DNA of 64,000 bases from Cystobasidiomycetes sp. EMM_F5 (Eukaryota), in assembly GCA_051047955.1 (NCBI GenBank), contig JBPGPT010000034.1, positions 1 through 64,000 of the forward strand. The letters are read 5' to 3'. The first letter of the stretch is position 1. The number at the start of each line of letters is the position of its first letter. The notes under the pieces were generated by a model. That model was not told where the DNA came from. It made no database searches and saw only the letters and a list, made by a program, of their open reading frames with translations. Positions 48,055 through 60,873 of the stretch are shown one piece after another. The position numbers were made by a program, and so were the translations under genes.

Positions 48055-50206
48055 TTATACTTTGTACTTTAGACCAGTCCAGTATGCCGCGCTTTTGAGG
48101 AGATCTGTCCTACGCAGGAGTATCACGGTGTTGAAGAGCGCCAGACTGCCGGTAGCAGTGGATGTTGTCGTGGTCGTCGTCAATCCCGTCCCTTTACAGT
48201 GCTACATTACAGAACACACATCAATCACGTCCCATTCACAAAAGTCTCGACGTGCATTCTCTGACGACTTACATTGTTGTTATCTGTCGGCCAGCAACTG
48301 AGATATCTGCACCACTCGCACGCAGAGTTGGGATCGCTCCTGAAGAAATTGTTGAGAAGGACACCAAACGTGACACACGCTGCCACCAGGGATAGACAGC
48401 GAAGGACATAGACTGTCCACTTGTGCACGTGCGTCTGGTGGATGCCTGGCAATAGCACAATCGACAGCAGCAGTCCTCTAATTTTGTGAGAGTCGCTCAG
48501 CTAGTCAGCCGGTACATTCCCACGCATAGAAGTGGCAAACGCACAGAGCAAATCCGCCAATATGTGAAAAGTTATCGATACCAGGAACGAAGCCCAGTCC
48601 AAAGCCGACGAGAATCTCGACAATCAAGCCAATCAGCATCCGTAAAGGTCGCTCAAACAAATTCCAGTGCGCAACGAGGTCGACGAGCACAGCTGCGTGC
48701 GTACCAAATATCGCACCGCTCGCTCCCATGGACGCTAGTCCGACGAGGGCAAAGTCTGTAATCAATCACGAGATCGAGTGCCTCAGCTGTGGAGCCCGGA
48801 GATGACGACGTGGTCAGCTAAATATGACTTACTGCCACCAAGTATGAATCCAAAAGTACCGGTGACGAGGTACAGGACAACAAACCTGACAAAACAAGAT
48901 GGTCGGAAATGTAGAAATATCCTAATCGTCCGATGAATCAACCTACTTGAGCGTCCCCATTTGCTTCTCAACCAATCCCGACGAAAAGACGAGTACGACG
49001 CCGTTGAGCAAGAGGTGGACGACTCCAACATGCAGCCACATTGCCGTAAAGAATCTGAATGTCTGTTTGGGAATGCCCGACGGACCGAATCCGCCAAATC
49101 CACATATATCCGACAATGTACAGATGGCTGTCGTCGTTGTGGGCGATGAGGAGGATGACGAGTTGAGACATGCGAAAGACATGTTTGAAATTTCCGGCAC
49201 GTCTCGCATGCAGGCTGTGAATCGCGCGCCGACATTGATCAACAGCTCGGACGACGGTCCAATCATGTAGTTGAATGGCGAAGTCGAGATGACTTTACCG
49301 GTCCGTTGAGCCTGTTTGCAAAAGATCATACATTGGTTTCAACGAGCGGACAATGGCGCTTGTTGAAAGTCGACTCACACTCTGCGCGAGCTCTACGCAA
49401 AAGACTGCCACGATGATGGCTGCAAAGACCCAGCAAGCCCATGGCCGGTCTTGCACCCCTATTCCCTTTTTGTGATTTGCAATCTTTTGCTCTGTGGGTG
49501 ACGAATCCCATATCTGCCTCTTCAACCAGTGGGGACGTTTGTAGTTTGAATTGCTCGATGAATCTGCTTTGACTGCGTTGCGTGCGCGTAGACGACCGAG
49601 GATGCCTCCGTCGTCTGGCGTCGACGGATACAAGTCCTGCTTGCTGTCATTGTCGTAGGTGTAGGGATTGGTGGGAGGATATCCGTAATTGTACCCATTG
49701 TTGTCATCGTCTTCGTCATTTACAGAATGCCGTGCATTGTTTTGGGGCGCCCACGATGGTTGATATGCTCCACCTTTGGCGTGCTGTTGAAAACTGCCTA
49801 TCCGAGTATCACCGTCCATAAAGGACGCTTCATCAGAGTCGTCTCCATCAGACTGACGAGGTGGGTATGGGTATGAGTTGTATTGCTGTCTGTCACGCGT
49901 CTCGGGACGTGCCATGTTGTCGTAGTGTGGCCGCCCATCGTATGGATAATAAGCCTGCCCATCGTATGCGCCGTATGCCTGCACTCCATCTCGTGCATCC
50001 CTCATCTCCTCCGTTACATCACCAGCCTGCGACGCACTGTCTGATGGTCCTAGCTGGCGGTGCTCGATGTGACTGTCATTGTAGCCGTACTGCTCGTGCT
50101 GCTGATGGAGATGACGACTGTCATTGTGGTCGGTGTAGGCGTCGTATCTTTGATGTTGCTGATGTCGCTGAGATTGTTGATATTGTTGCTGCGGGTGCCC
50201 AGACAT
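48055..50206 (-). CDS. Rhomboid-family intramembrane serine protease, both ends approximate
   Basis: FNYMIGPS..LINVGARFTACM, RFFTAMWLHVGVVHLLLN, catalytic GASGAIFG, DNFSHIGGF and CEWCRYLSCWP. Confidence 0.9.
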
Positions 50207-50448
50207 GCCCCTTTGAGACGAGGGCGAGGTGATTAGACCTGGGTGAGTAGTAAATGAGCGAGCTATTGAGTTGTTGAGTGAGTGAGTGGGTGGGTCAGTC
50301 TGCATCCAGCCGACAAGTGTGCTTTGTTCAAAGCGGTGTACTAAACACGTGATCTACTACTGTACTTTGCCGAATTGTAAATGATTCATTTGTTTGTTGG
50401 ATTTGCACAATTTGTAATCTTACAGAGGGAGCGAGCAGCTGAACATAG

Positions 50449-51395
50449 ATGGACAGCAATCAGTCACACAGTATGGCTACGAGTGGGAGCAGAGACGGCC
50501 ATCGAGGAATGGGAGAGACGACCGAGAGGAGCGGGGTTCACAACGGAGACTGGCAGCAGCAACAGCCGTACGGTGGATATCAGCAACAGCAACAACAATA
50601 CTATGGACAGTATCCTCCACCTCATGATCAGTACTCTGGCGGATGGCCTTCCTCGTCTTCCTCGCCGTACGGCTATGTCGGAAACAACCAGCAATCTCCG
50701 TATTCGCAGCAATCACAACCACCACAACAGTACAATGCCCCTCAGTATCAGTCCAATCAGTCACAGCAGTATACAAACTATCCCCCTCAGCAGCAGGGCG
50801 GGTATGGTGCACCTCTTCAACAACAGCCATACTATTATGGCCAGCAGCAGCAGCAGCAGAACAGCTCGCAATACCCATATCAGGGTGGGCCAAGTCCATC
50901 GCCGTATCAATACGGCCCTCGTGAGTTTATCAATGCATGTTTTTGGCATTGCGTGATGCCTCTGATGAATACAACCCGTAGCTCCTCCTCAGTACCAATA
51001 CAATCGCAAGTTGTTGTCCGAAGCACGGGTTGCGATGACAATGCTGACATCTGGTGTCTCTGTCTCTAGAAGTGCAACCCGACTACAAGGCACGACCCGT
51101 CCCTTCTCCTTCTCCCGTCCCCACACCGTATCCACAGCAGGCACAAGTGCAAGCACAAGATCAGCAACCTCAGCCTCAACAACAGCAGCAAGCACCGCCT
51201 CCAAAGAAGGGTAGGCGGCCCTTCATTTGTGTAAGAGTCTAGGTGCTGATGTGTAGAGTATGTCTCGTCGATGGTGCAGAGAGCAAACTGCACAAGCTCG
51301 CAGATAGTAGGCTAGGACAGGCGGCCACATGGGGATTCGGAGCAACGCTGGGCGCAGATGCGGCGAATGCAGTCTGGCATGGTATATTCAAATGA
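50449..51395 (+). CDS. Gln/Pro/Tyr-rich low-complexity protein with Pin3/Lsb1-like C-terminal motif and no SH3 domain
   Basis: Spliced product is Q/Y/P/G/S-rich and ends KK|ESKLHKLADSRLGQAATWGFGATLGADAANAVWHGIFK*, resembling the Pin3/Lsb1 tail (LGNAAIFGAGATIGSDIVNSIF). Confidence 0.7.
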
Positions 51396-51767
51396 CGCGT
51401 TGGCAGAGTGCACGCGGTAGCGAAACGTGTAGGTCTTGGTTGAGCTGGATGCTGCGTGCACCAGCAGCACTGGATGGACGTCACAGGCAGATAGCCTTCT
51501 CTGCATCGTCCCTCATTAGGTAGATGCCACCGGCAGATATCCTCTTGTGTATCATTTTCCCATGCACGATGTGCGGCTCCAAATCCATTTCTTCGCACTC
51601 ACCATCGCGTAGTGTCGACAGTCGCTTTGGACCATGTATCATAGTTTCTGCGCCTTGCCTTGTAACAGCAGAATGACCGCAGCATCGCGGCGGAGCAAAC
51701 GATAGATTGTGCTCAGTGTCGCGTGTGGACGTGTGCGACCATTTATCGCCAGTAGTCCAAAAGCACG

Positions 51768-52824
51768 TCACGCCCTCTCGTACACTCTGAAGAGCATGTG
51801 CGTGTTTTCGATTGGCAAGGGATACAGCTTTTTGGTCGGTTCTGGTACCCTGTACCACCTGCCTGCGTCGTGCTCTACGATTCTCCATGCGCCTGTCCTG
51901 GCCGTCAGGGTTTGGTCGAGGACAAGGTGGAGCGGGTACGTTTTTCCAGCAACATCCATCTCCGAGTATGTCCCCGCCGACTCCGCTACAACGAGTAGCG
52001 TGCCCTCTAAACATACAGCCGATAGGTGATTCATCAATGCTAGAGACTTGGTCTTTGATGCTGCAAATAGTTCATTTGTCGTAAAGAGCAGCGTAATGAT
52101 GTTTGTAGATGCAAAGTCTATGGTAGTGAAAGAATCCAGAATGTCCAATTGGCTGAATGATAATGCGAAACGATCTGTTGAGAGTTGCCAGGACGTTTGT
52201 ACGAGATCCCGTATGCCGTCCACTGTTGGCGTCCACGCTGCCGAATCAATGGCTGTCACGCTCATTCGAGGGTACAAGCCTCGAACAGACGGAAAATGCT
52301 TCGCTAGAGATGCAAGTGCAATCAATTCGCTACCTGCGCCTCCTCCGATGCATACCACGGACGTGTCGAGTCCATCTAGACATCGTCTTTCGCACAACTC
52401 GACAATTGCGTCGGTCGTGCTCAACAAGTCGCGGTATGCTAGGGCGCGGCCAGGGACCCATCGTGCGCAGTATGCCAGAAGATATTTCTGAACGTTTGTC
52501 ATATGTCAGGGACTTGAACTTCAGAGTGCATGTCAGGTGATGCCTTACAGGTTTGGAAAATGCAATTGGGTAGTTTCTTTCGAAGAGGGCAGCTTTGATT
52601 TCCTGGAGGATTGGGGCTAGATTGGCATTGATGCAAGAGCGGCTCAGTTCTTTCAGCAATGTCGTTATCTCTGCCTCTCTAGCCAGAGTTTCGTCATTGC
52701 TGGGCGTCTGTCTCGGTGTTGCCGCTGCTGAAGATTTGCCTGCATGTTTCGATTTTCGACCCGCAGACTGCCCGGGCTTGACTGCGAATGTTGGGCCAGT
52801 CTTGAGTCGTGGCAGACCAGACAT
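51768..52824 (-). CDS. BMT6: 25S rRNA uracil-N3 methyltransferase (Bmt6 family)
   Basis: LQEIKAALFERNYPIAF, LLAYCARWVPGRALAY, VVCIGGGAGSELIAL, ITLLFTTNELF and ESAGTYS. Confidence 0.88.
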
Positions 52825-52970
52825 GCGAGTTGGGAGAAAGACGACAATTTGCAGCTTCACTGCCCATCACTCGGTATATCTCGATCACGGTTCTCGACAA
52901 GCGCACCGGCAAGCACGGAGGGTTCACGTTCCGCCAAAGGCTTGTTTGACCTGTATACAAACTGCCAAAT

Positions 52971-54715
52971 ATGCTGTCCCGACACGCTACGAAGCTGCGG
53001 ACGCAGGCGCGCTCCATTGTTAGGGTAGGCAGTAGACCGCCGTCACAACCCGGCATGCCCCGCTGGTGTTGGCAAAGCTGACCGTGTTTGGCGGTCGCAA
53101 ACAGTGCAACGCGCAACAGCAGAAGCGGAATCTATCTATTCACGAATACCTTTCGGTCCGGCTCTTGAACGAAGTAGGTTGTTTGCATGGAGTATCGGCG
53201 ACTCCGTCTGCAAGAAAGGAAAGTCGTACAGCGAGCTGCAATGGCTGATTCCGACACGAATGTGCTTTTCCTTTACTAGTACGGCGTAAAGACGCCAGAA
53301 TCCAAACCAGCAAAGTCGGCCGAAGAAGCTTTCGAAGTAGCAAAGACATTTGGCACCAATGAACTCGTTATTAAAGCACAAGTCTTGGCCGGCGGACGAG
53401 GAAAGGGACATTTTGATTCTGGTTTACAAGGAGGTGTTAAAATGATCTCGAGGTATGCTCACTCCGGCACTTCAGTATTAGTTGCGCATTGACAGTTCCG
53501 TTGCACGACGCAGCCCCGAAGAAGCTCGTGATTATGCAAAGCAGATGATTGGAAGCAATCTTATTACCAAGCAAACTGGAGCAGCTGGTCGTTTGTGCAA
53601 TACAGTCAGTCGAATACTCCCGCGAATGCAATTTGGCAATCCGAAGTCTCATATTGTTATACCCCAGGTCATGCTGGCCAGAAGGATACAACCCGAACAC
53701 GAATACTACCTCGCCATCCTCAACGACCGAGGCTTGGGCGGACCCGCCCTCGTAGCTTCGGCTCGTGGCGGTATGAACATTGAAGATGTCGCCCGTGATG
53801 AGCCAGATGCTATCCTCACCCATCCGATCAATTTTGAAAATGGCCTAGAGACGCAAGAGTGAGTAACATGACAAATCAGCATTTTCAAGCTGACTTTTTT
53901 CTACAGAGCTAAAGATATTGCAAAGAAATTGGGCTTCAAAGACGAAAAGGCCCAAGGCGAAGCTGCAGAGATTATGCAACGCTTGTACACGTTGTTCAAA
54001 GAGACTGATGCGACTCAGGTTGAGATAAACCCGTTATCAGAGACCGCTGAGGGTGTCATGTGGTACGCTGCCAACTTTGCTGCAAATAGGCATGTCTCTG
54101 ATGTGCCTGTGCTTGTCTGATACAGCATGGATGCGAAACTTGGGTTCGACGAAAACGCAGAGTTCCGCCAGAGCAAAGTCTTTGCTCTCCGCGACAAGAC
54201 ACAAGAGGATTCGTCAGAGGTGACGCCGTCTTAATGACGTATGAAGCAGGATATATGCTGATTATGCCCGCTTTCAGGTCGAGGCAGCCGAGTTTGGCTT
54301 AAACTTCATCAAGCTCGACGGCAACATCGGATGTCTCGTCAACGGGGCTGGACTAGCTATGGCCACCATGGACGTGCTAAAGTTGAACGGCGGTAACCCA
54401 GCCAACTTTCTTGATGTCGGCGGTGCTGCCACCGCGGACGCCGTCAAGAAGGCATTTGAGATTCTAATGCGCGACAAGTCTGTGCGTTCCATCTTTGTCA
54501 ACATCTTTGGCGGTATCATGCGGTGTGATGTCATTGCCGAAGGCATCATCAAGGCCACCCAGGAACTGGCGCTTGATATCCCGCTCGTCGTCCGCTTGCA
54601 AGGCACAAAGGAGGCGGAAGCGAAAAAACTAATCAAAGAGTCTGGCCTTGCTATTGAGGCGCATGACTCGCTAGACGACGGTGCACAAGCAGCCGTCAAT
54701 GCTGCCCTTGCCTAG
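52971..54715 (+). CDS. LSC2: Succinyl-CoA ligase beta subunit, mitochondrial
   Basis: Presequence [72 protein letters not shown] and VVRLQGT. Confidence 0.96.
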
Positions 54716-55574
54716 ATACCTGATATCGTCTGCCTCGTTGGGGAAGGCGCGGCGTCGTTTCGCCAGTGAAGAGATTGGATGAAGACTAGGCGACAGTACT
54801 CTAGAGTTGTGATGGCTATGTACAAACATGAGCTGCAGACGTGAGCCTCCGCTTCTGCTGTCGTTCGTCCTGGCTGTCTGTACAGTTTGACCCGGTCGAC
54901 GATCGACTTTTGCCTTTTCAATCTCGCCCTTTGCGACTAGGGGTTGCCTCTGCTCGCACCAGATTGCAAGGACACTGAACGGCCAGTCCTGGGTGCAGTT
55001 GCAGTACATTGCCATTGCTCAGACACCATCGACCAGGATTGTAGCTGCGTGCATTCGGAGCCATCCTGACTCAGCGCTGGGATTCATCGTTCGAGGTGTT
55101 TTGGACGTCTAGGAACTCGAAAAACAGGAAACGGACCGACATTACACGAAAGGCAGCATATATAGACTGGGCATTGTGTAGAGCTGCGGCTTTGCTGCGC
55201 GTGTAGCCCGTTTCGTTCACTTAGTACGAGAGACCGGCGTAAAAGCCAGACCAGTCAGCTTTACAGCTGTGCTCGAGTGCATCTATCGAAACATTCACAG
55301 CGACGCTCATACAGGGCAGAGCTCTTCCCAGCTAACGTTTTCTTTTCGCATTCCGCTCGCAATCCGCAATATTACCATCCCAATCCTGCTGTTCAGTGAA
55401 CAGTCTCCACCTCACTGTAGCCATCCTGTGCGCATTCCTCACACGTAGCAGATACGACCCATCCTATTGGTGCTCATTCTTGCGCTCACACACCGCGCTG
55501 AGGATCTGCCCTGGTCTAGCCTTGCGTCCATTTCCCCGAGTGCTGAAGTACCACATTCCGCTGTTCAACGAATC

Positions 55575-57986
55575 ATGTCGGGCTCTGTGGTGTTTTACCG
55601 CTTCAAGGCGCAAAAGGAAGCCTCGACTGTCACCTTCGAAGGAACCGGTATATCAGTATGGGATCTCAAGAAGGAAATTCTCGCCGAAAACAAGCTTGGC
55701 CGCGGTGCAGACTTTGATTTCGCAATCATGAATGCTGATACAAATGAGGGTATGTTGCCATTTCTTGCAGATTATTCGGTGAGGCACGCAAGTCGCTTTC
55801 GAGCATGGCGTTGCCTCACCAATACTCTAGTCGCGACCTCGGTCACTAACCTTCGTATTGTGTGACGCAATGTGCCAATTTGTAGAATATAGTGATGATA
55901 AGGCGATTGTACCACGAAATACCTCTGTCGTTGCTCGCCGATTACCGCCAAGTCGACCAGGTCGAGGAAATGCGCAATTCTACATGGTCTCCACGTCTGC
56001 TGCGCCCACCGCCTCGACTTCGAGCGCTCCATCGCGTGGAGGGTTCAGTGCTGGTCGAGTAGGACACATGTCGAAACGTTTCGATGGACGAGAAGATGAG
56101 CAAAAAGCTGTGGTGAGTGTCAATCATATTGCGACGGGACGGCACTCATATGTATCGCAGACTCCCATGCCTAATTTTCCTATTACGACGGCTGTTGGAG
56201 ATGGCAATGCTGATGAAGCCGCCAAGATTGCGGCAATGTTCGCCAGCACCAACGAGCAATGGCAATCCACACAAGACAAAATGACCAGGTATGTCTCTTG
56301 CTTGTCTGTATATTGTTGCTTCTGGTTGCAAATACTTATCGGGATGCATATGTTAGTGTGAGATCTGGACCTTTCAATCGTCCGCCTCGGCCTGGCGGAC
56401 AGCAGCCTGCAACAAATGCAGCTCCAGACCGACCCGTCCCGCCAGGCTATGTATGCTATCGGTGCGGGCAACCAGGTAAGAGCATTCTCGCGTGATAGCT
56501 GGCCCTGCTGATCGTGCTTGTTGTTCATCAAGGGCACTGGATCCAAGACTGCCCCACTAACGATAAGCCAGATTGGGAAAATAAGCCACGCATCAAGCGG
56601 ACGACGGGTATTCCGAAAAGTTTCTTGCAAACGGTCGAAGGGCCTTCAAAGGATGGAGAGAATCAGCCGGGAATGATGATTACAGCAGATGGCAGCTTCG
56701 TGATCGCCCGACCTGACGCGTAAGTGAATTAAATTGCCACTGGAAAGATTGGCTAAGGTCCTTTGCAGCGCATCGTGGGAGAAGCATCGGGCGGTCGTCG
56801 CAAACCTGACGGAGAACGATATTCAGAATATGGCCCCGACCGATCCCGACTTAACGTGTCCATTGTGTAATCGCCTGTTACGTGATGCAGTCAAGACACC
56901 TTGCTGTTCTACCAGTTACTGCGAGGAGTGTATTCACAATTATTTGTCGGAGAATGATTTCGTCTGTCCCCAATGCGAGTCGAAAATCAAATCACTTAAG
57001 AACCTCGTAAGAGACGAGGATCGTCGAGCGCGAGCTAAACAATATCTGGAGGACACTTTAAAGGCTAGCAAAGATGCAGCCAACCGCAAAGCTTCGAGTG
57101 ATGCTGGTCAAGATGGAGAAGGCAAGAGCGATAATGGTGCAAGCGATAGGCGATCTCCAAATCCAGCCGGTAGTGACGCTGGTCCCGCTGAAGAGGGCGA
57201 AGTCGGCGATGAGCAGGTTCGTAGGCGGTGACTTTCATCTAATCTCAATCTATGCTGACAGCAGGTTGGATAGGGCAAGACAAGATCTCGGAACGGTTCT
57301 GCCGTGCCGAGTCACGGCGATGGCTCCAATCAAAACATGATGAATGAGCAAATGAGCTTTCAGCAACAACAGCAACAACAAATGCAGCAATATCAGCAAC
57401 AGCTGCAGATGTTACAGAATCAGATCCAGTCAACTGCCAATATACTACAATCGCCATCACTTCCTCCTCAGATGCGTGTGCAGCTTTCTGCGCAACTGCA
57501 AGGTTTGCAATATCAGTATGGCCAAACCATGCAGATGATGCAGAGTGGAAGCGCCACGGGCATGCCGCAGCAGATGATGTTAATGCAGCAGATGCAGCAA
57601 ATGCAACAAATGCAGCGAATGATGATGATGCAGAATGGAATGCAACAGCAGGCGCAGAACATGTTCAACCAGCAGCAAATGTTCAACCGGCAATTTTCTC
57701 CGCAACTGAATCAAATGCAGATGAACAACGCACAACCCCAGCAAATGTATAGCAGACCCTTCGTTTCTGGACCGCACGGGGGTCGCAACAGTGCACAATA
57801 CGAAGAGGATTCCTCCGAATCGCCGTGAGTAGCCAGAATGATGCCAATCTGACGAGTACAGCTGAATGCTCTACTTCCATTTGCAGTTATATGCGTGTGC
57901 CTATCAATCCAAAATTCCGGAATGGCGTGAAGCGTGAAAGACCTGAGGATTTCGTAGACCTCAACAAGCAAGCGCTGAAACGGTGA
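55575..57986 (+). CDS. MPE1: Cleavage/polyadenylation factor Mpe1/RBBP6 (DWNN, zinc knuckle, RING-like)
   Basis: VFYRFKAQKE..TFEGTGISVWDLKKEI, GYVCYRCGQP|GHWIQDCPTND, RIKRTTGIPKSFL, LTCPLC..TPCCSTSYCEECI..CPQC and Q/M-rich tail. Confidence 0.93.
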
Positions 57987-58175
57987 TTTATAATCCGTGT
58001 ATAAAGTCTGTAGCTAGCAGAAGCATGGAGTCGCGTCACGTACTATAGCATATACTCTTGTTTGCATTCCCTTCAGCAATTGTTGTATTGATTCAATGCA
58101 TCGTCTTTCGTGCTTAAACGGGTCACACACCATAAAAATACACGTTCTACAGGATTTACAGCGAAGGCCTCTGCT

Positions 58176-59321
58176 CTACTTCTTCGGCTCCTCCTTTTTA
58201 GGCGGCTCCGGCGCTTTCAGTCTGTACGCTTCGGGTCTCGTGTCGACACCTTCTCCATTTTGCTCCCACGGTGAGACAGCTCCATCTGGTGAGGCAGCAA
58301 TGTTTAGACGGACACCATTGAAATTTCGGTAGCATGACGAGCTTACCAAAGTTTCTGAAAGCTTGGGATAGTTGAAGCGGTTCTGTAACAACTCGTTTCT
58401 TTTCTTCGTCGTACCGTACTTCGGTATAGCCCTGTTGCAGTATATACGCTTGAGTTTACAGCTTATTCGGCAGATGGCAAACATCGATGATACTCACAGT
58501 CAAGGGGAAATCTTTGCGCAGCGGATGACCCTCGAAGCCATAGTCTGTCAAGATGCGGCGGAGATCGGGGTGTCCGGAAAAGAAGATGCCATACATATCC
58601 CACGCTTCGCGCTCGTACCAGTCTGCACCTCTGAACAAGCTCGTAGCGCTCGGCACAGGCGACACCTCATCTGCATACGTCTTGACTCTGATTCTCGAGT
58701 TGTGTGTGACGCTCAAAAGGTGGTAGACTACTTCGAAGCGCTTCGCTCTGGTCGGGTAGTCTGCTCCGCAAATGTCCATGGCGGATTTGAATTGACAATT
58801 GGTGTGGTCCCGGAGGAATGTCAAGACGGGTACCACGCCTTCGGGTGAGATGTAGATTGTCAATTCCTCGCGGACGACAGAGTATTGCTGAATAAATTTA
58901 GGCAAGCATGCCGTAAGATACGAGCCGTAGTCATGCAGAGGTCCTTGTAAAGCGGCATATCGGGATTTTGGGTCGATGCCTGCTCTTTCCACGTAACTGT
59001 GTATAGGCAGTTGTAATGGCCCAGCGTCAGCAGAGTCGAGCCATGCGTGGACAGCTGTCATTTGTCGGGAATGACGGCTCGAACAGAACTCACGGCGATT
59101 TTCCCATCTCTGGCGCAGGCCCTGTTCACCATGGCTGCACATCAGTCATTGTAGCCATCTTCTGTATGTTTGAAGGCCATACCAAGACGGCGAGCGGGCG
59201 TTGATGAAAGAGCTCGGAAGCTGCCAACCTGTGACTGCGATCCTGATCCCAGCAGTACAGGCCGGACCCCTCCAACGCTCCGCGCGAGCAGCTTGGACTG
59301 CGTTCTTGCGCACGCCGCCAT
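58176..59321 (-). CDS. NDUFS3: NADH:ubiquinone oxidoreductase 30 kDa subunit (complex I)
   Basis: [90 protein letters not shown]. Confidence 0.96.
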
Positions 59322-59590
59322 GGTGTGTTGTGAAGGAGCTGTGGTCAAGATGGATAACAGAGCTGGAGCTGGTCTTGCCTTGAAGTGAGTGAGATTGAGG
59401 GACGGGCTGTATAGTTTGGAGATAGACGAGCAGAGTGAGGCAGCGGCTGGGCTGACAGCTTTGCGGGAACTTATGGCTACACACAACAGATTTGCTCGCC
59501 TTAGCGGGACGCAGTCTAACGAATTTGACCGATTAGAGAAGCCATCGTTGCCGTTGTTACTGCTACTGCTACTGCTACATGGAGCCATAT

Positions 59591-60702
59591 CTACGATGGC
59601 ATGGTCTTTGGCTTCTGCGGTCGTGCAATGAGGAATCCAACTGCAGCGATGAGCTTGAGGATCGCAGACATGAGAAGACTCAATTCTGGTCTAGAATAGC
59701 GATACGCTAGTGCCGCAATAGCCCCGCCTGAAAAAAAAAAGGCGAGAAGACAAAAGTATCAGTTACTGTGCGCGCTACGACTCATTCACCGCGTGCTTAC
59801 CGAAAAAGAAGGTCAGTACAAAGATGAAGCGCTCGTTACGTGCTCTGTTGTGCAGCACAAACAGTTTAGGATCACTGAAGAAGGTTGCCATAGCTCCCGT
59901 CGCTACCGTCGTTGCGACCGTCCCGCCAGTCTTGAGCGCCGAAACGCTTACGTTCTGCTGACCCATGGCGAAGGACATCAGGCAAATCGTTACATACTCT
60001 GTTCGGCCATCGAGATATGACAGGTAGCCTCCATAGTAGAGTCCCGCACATAGAAATCCTATTACAGACTGCTCCAGGTATTCGCAGAAGAGGTAAGTTC
60101 GATGACGAGGGCCATATCTTCTGCCCAGCACTCCGCTATGGGTTGGATCGTAGTTAGCGGAGAAGGCTCGGTCTACCGCAGTCGGTCGGAATGGCTTACG
60201 AAGTGTATGACCCTAACCAGGAGCATATCAATGACGCTACGCACGGCACCGGGCGCACCAATTCGGGGTATATGGGCTCAAGCTGACCCAGCGCGAGGGA
60301 CAGCAATACCAGATTTCCAGTCTGTTATGAAAACGATCAGGGTTGAAAATGCAGATGTGTCATAATGTGGTTCCCACATTGTTGGCCACGAAAATACGCA
60401 GGGATGGCAGACTGAAGACGTCTACGGCTGCGTAACATGACCGATAGGATGGCCGGATGAATAGAGAATGAGAAACGAAAACTTCAGTCGCGCGTTGACG
60501 AGCCTTAACATCTGGATATTACCGCACAAGCAGCCGCCCAGCTCAGTGCCAGAAGGATAGGAAGGTAATCTTGCCATGGCAAAGCGAGATTCTGTCCTGC
60601 TGTTCGAACGATCCAGCTACTGCGGCCATTCCTTTGGGGCTCGTCGGCCACGACAGCTGCAGGACCATCTTCCTTTTGCATATTGTTGAAAGCTACTGCC
60701 AT
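59591..60702 (-). CDS. DUF1275/YoaK-family membrane protein
   Basis: VDVFSLPSLRIFVANNVGTT (cf. FxxxxTGN), LMSFAMGQQN, TTVATGAMATFFSDPKLF, RNERFIFVLTFFFG|GAIAA; several TM helices. Confidence 0.8.
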
Positions 60703-60873
60703 CTGGCGACTCAGCAGCCCATATTGTGCTCGGAAGACCTTGAAGCTGGCAGTCGCAGGAGAAACGTGACTCTAATGGCAAACTCCGAGAATGGCCGGAG
60801 GTGCCGCAAGTTTTGACGGAAACAGCTTGGAACGCTGTCAACTGGCGGGAAGAGCTATTCTGCGTCCAATGTT
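60703..60873. promoter_or_regulatory. Probable bidirectional promoter between DUF1275 and MAE1-like genes
   Basis: About 170 bp between two divergent start codons. Inferred from geometry; no motif identified. Confidence 0.5.

Noticed and set aside
59555..59745. (TACTGC)3 repeat and A10 run
   Set aside because: Trivial microsatellite; the A run is the polypyrimidine tract of a minus-strand intron.
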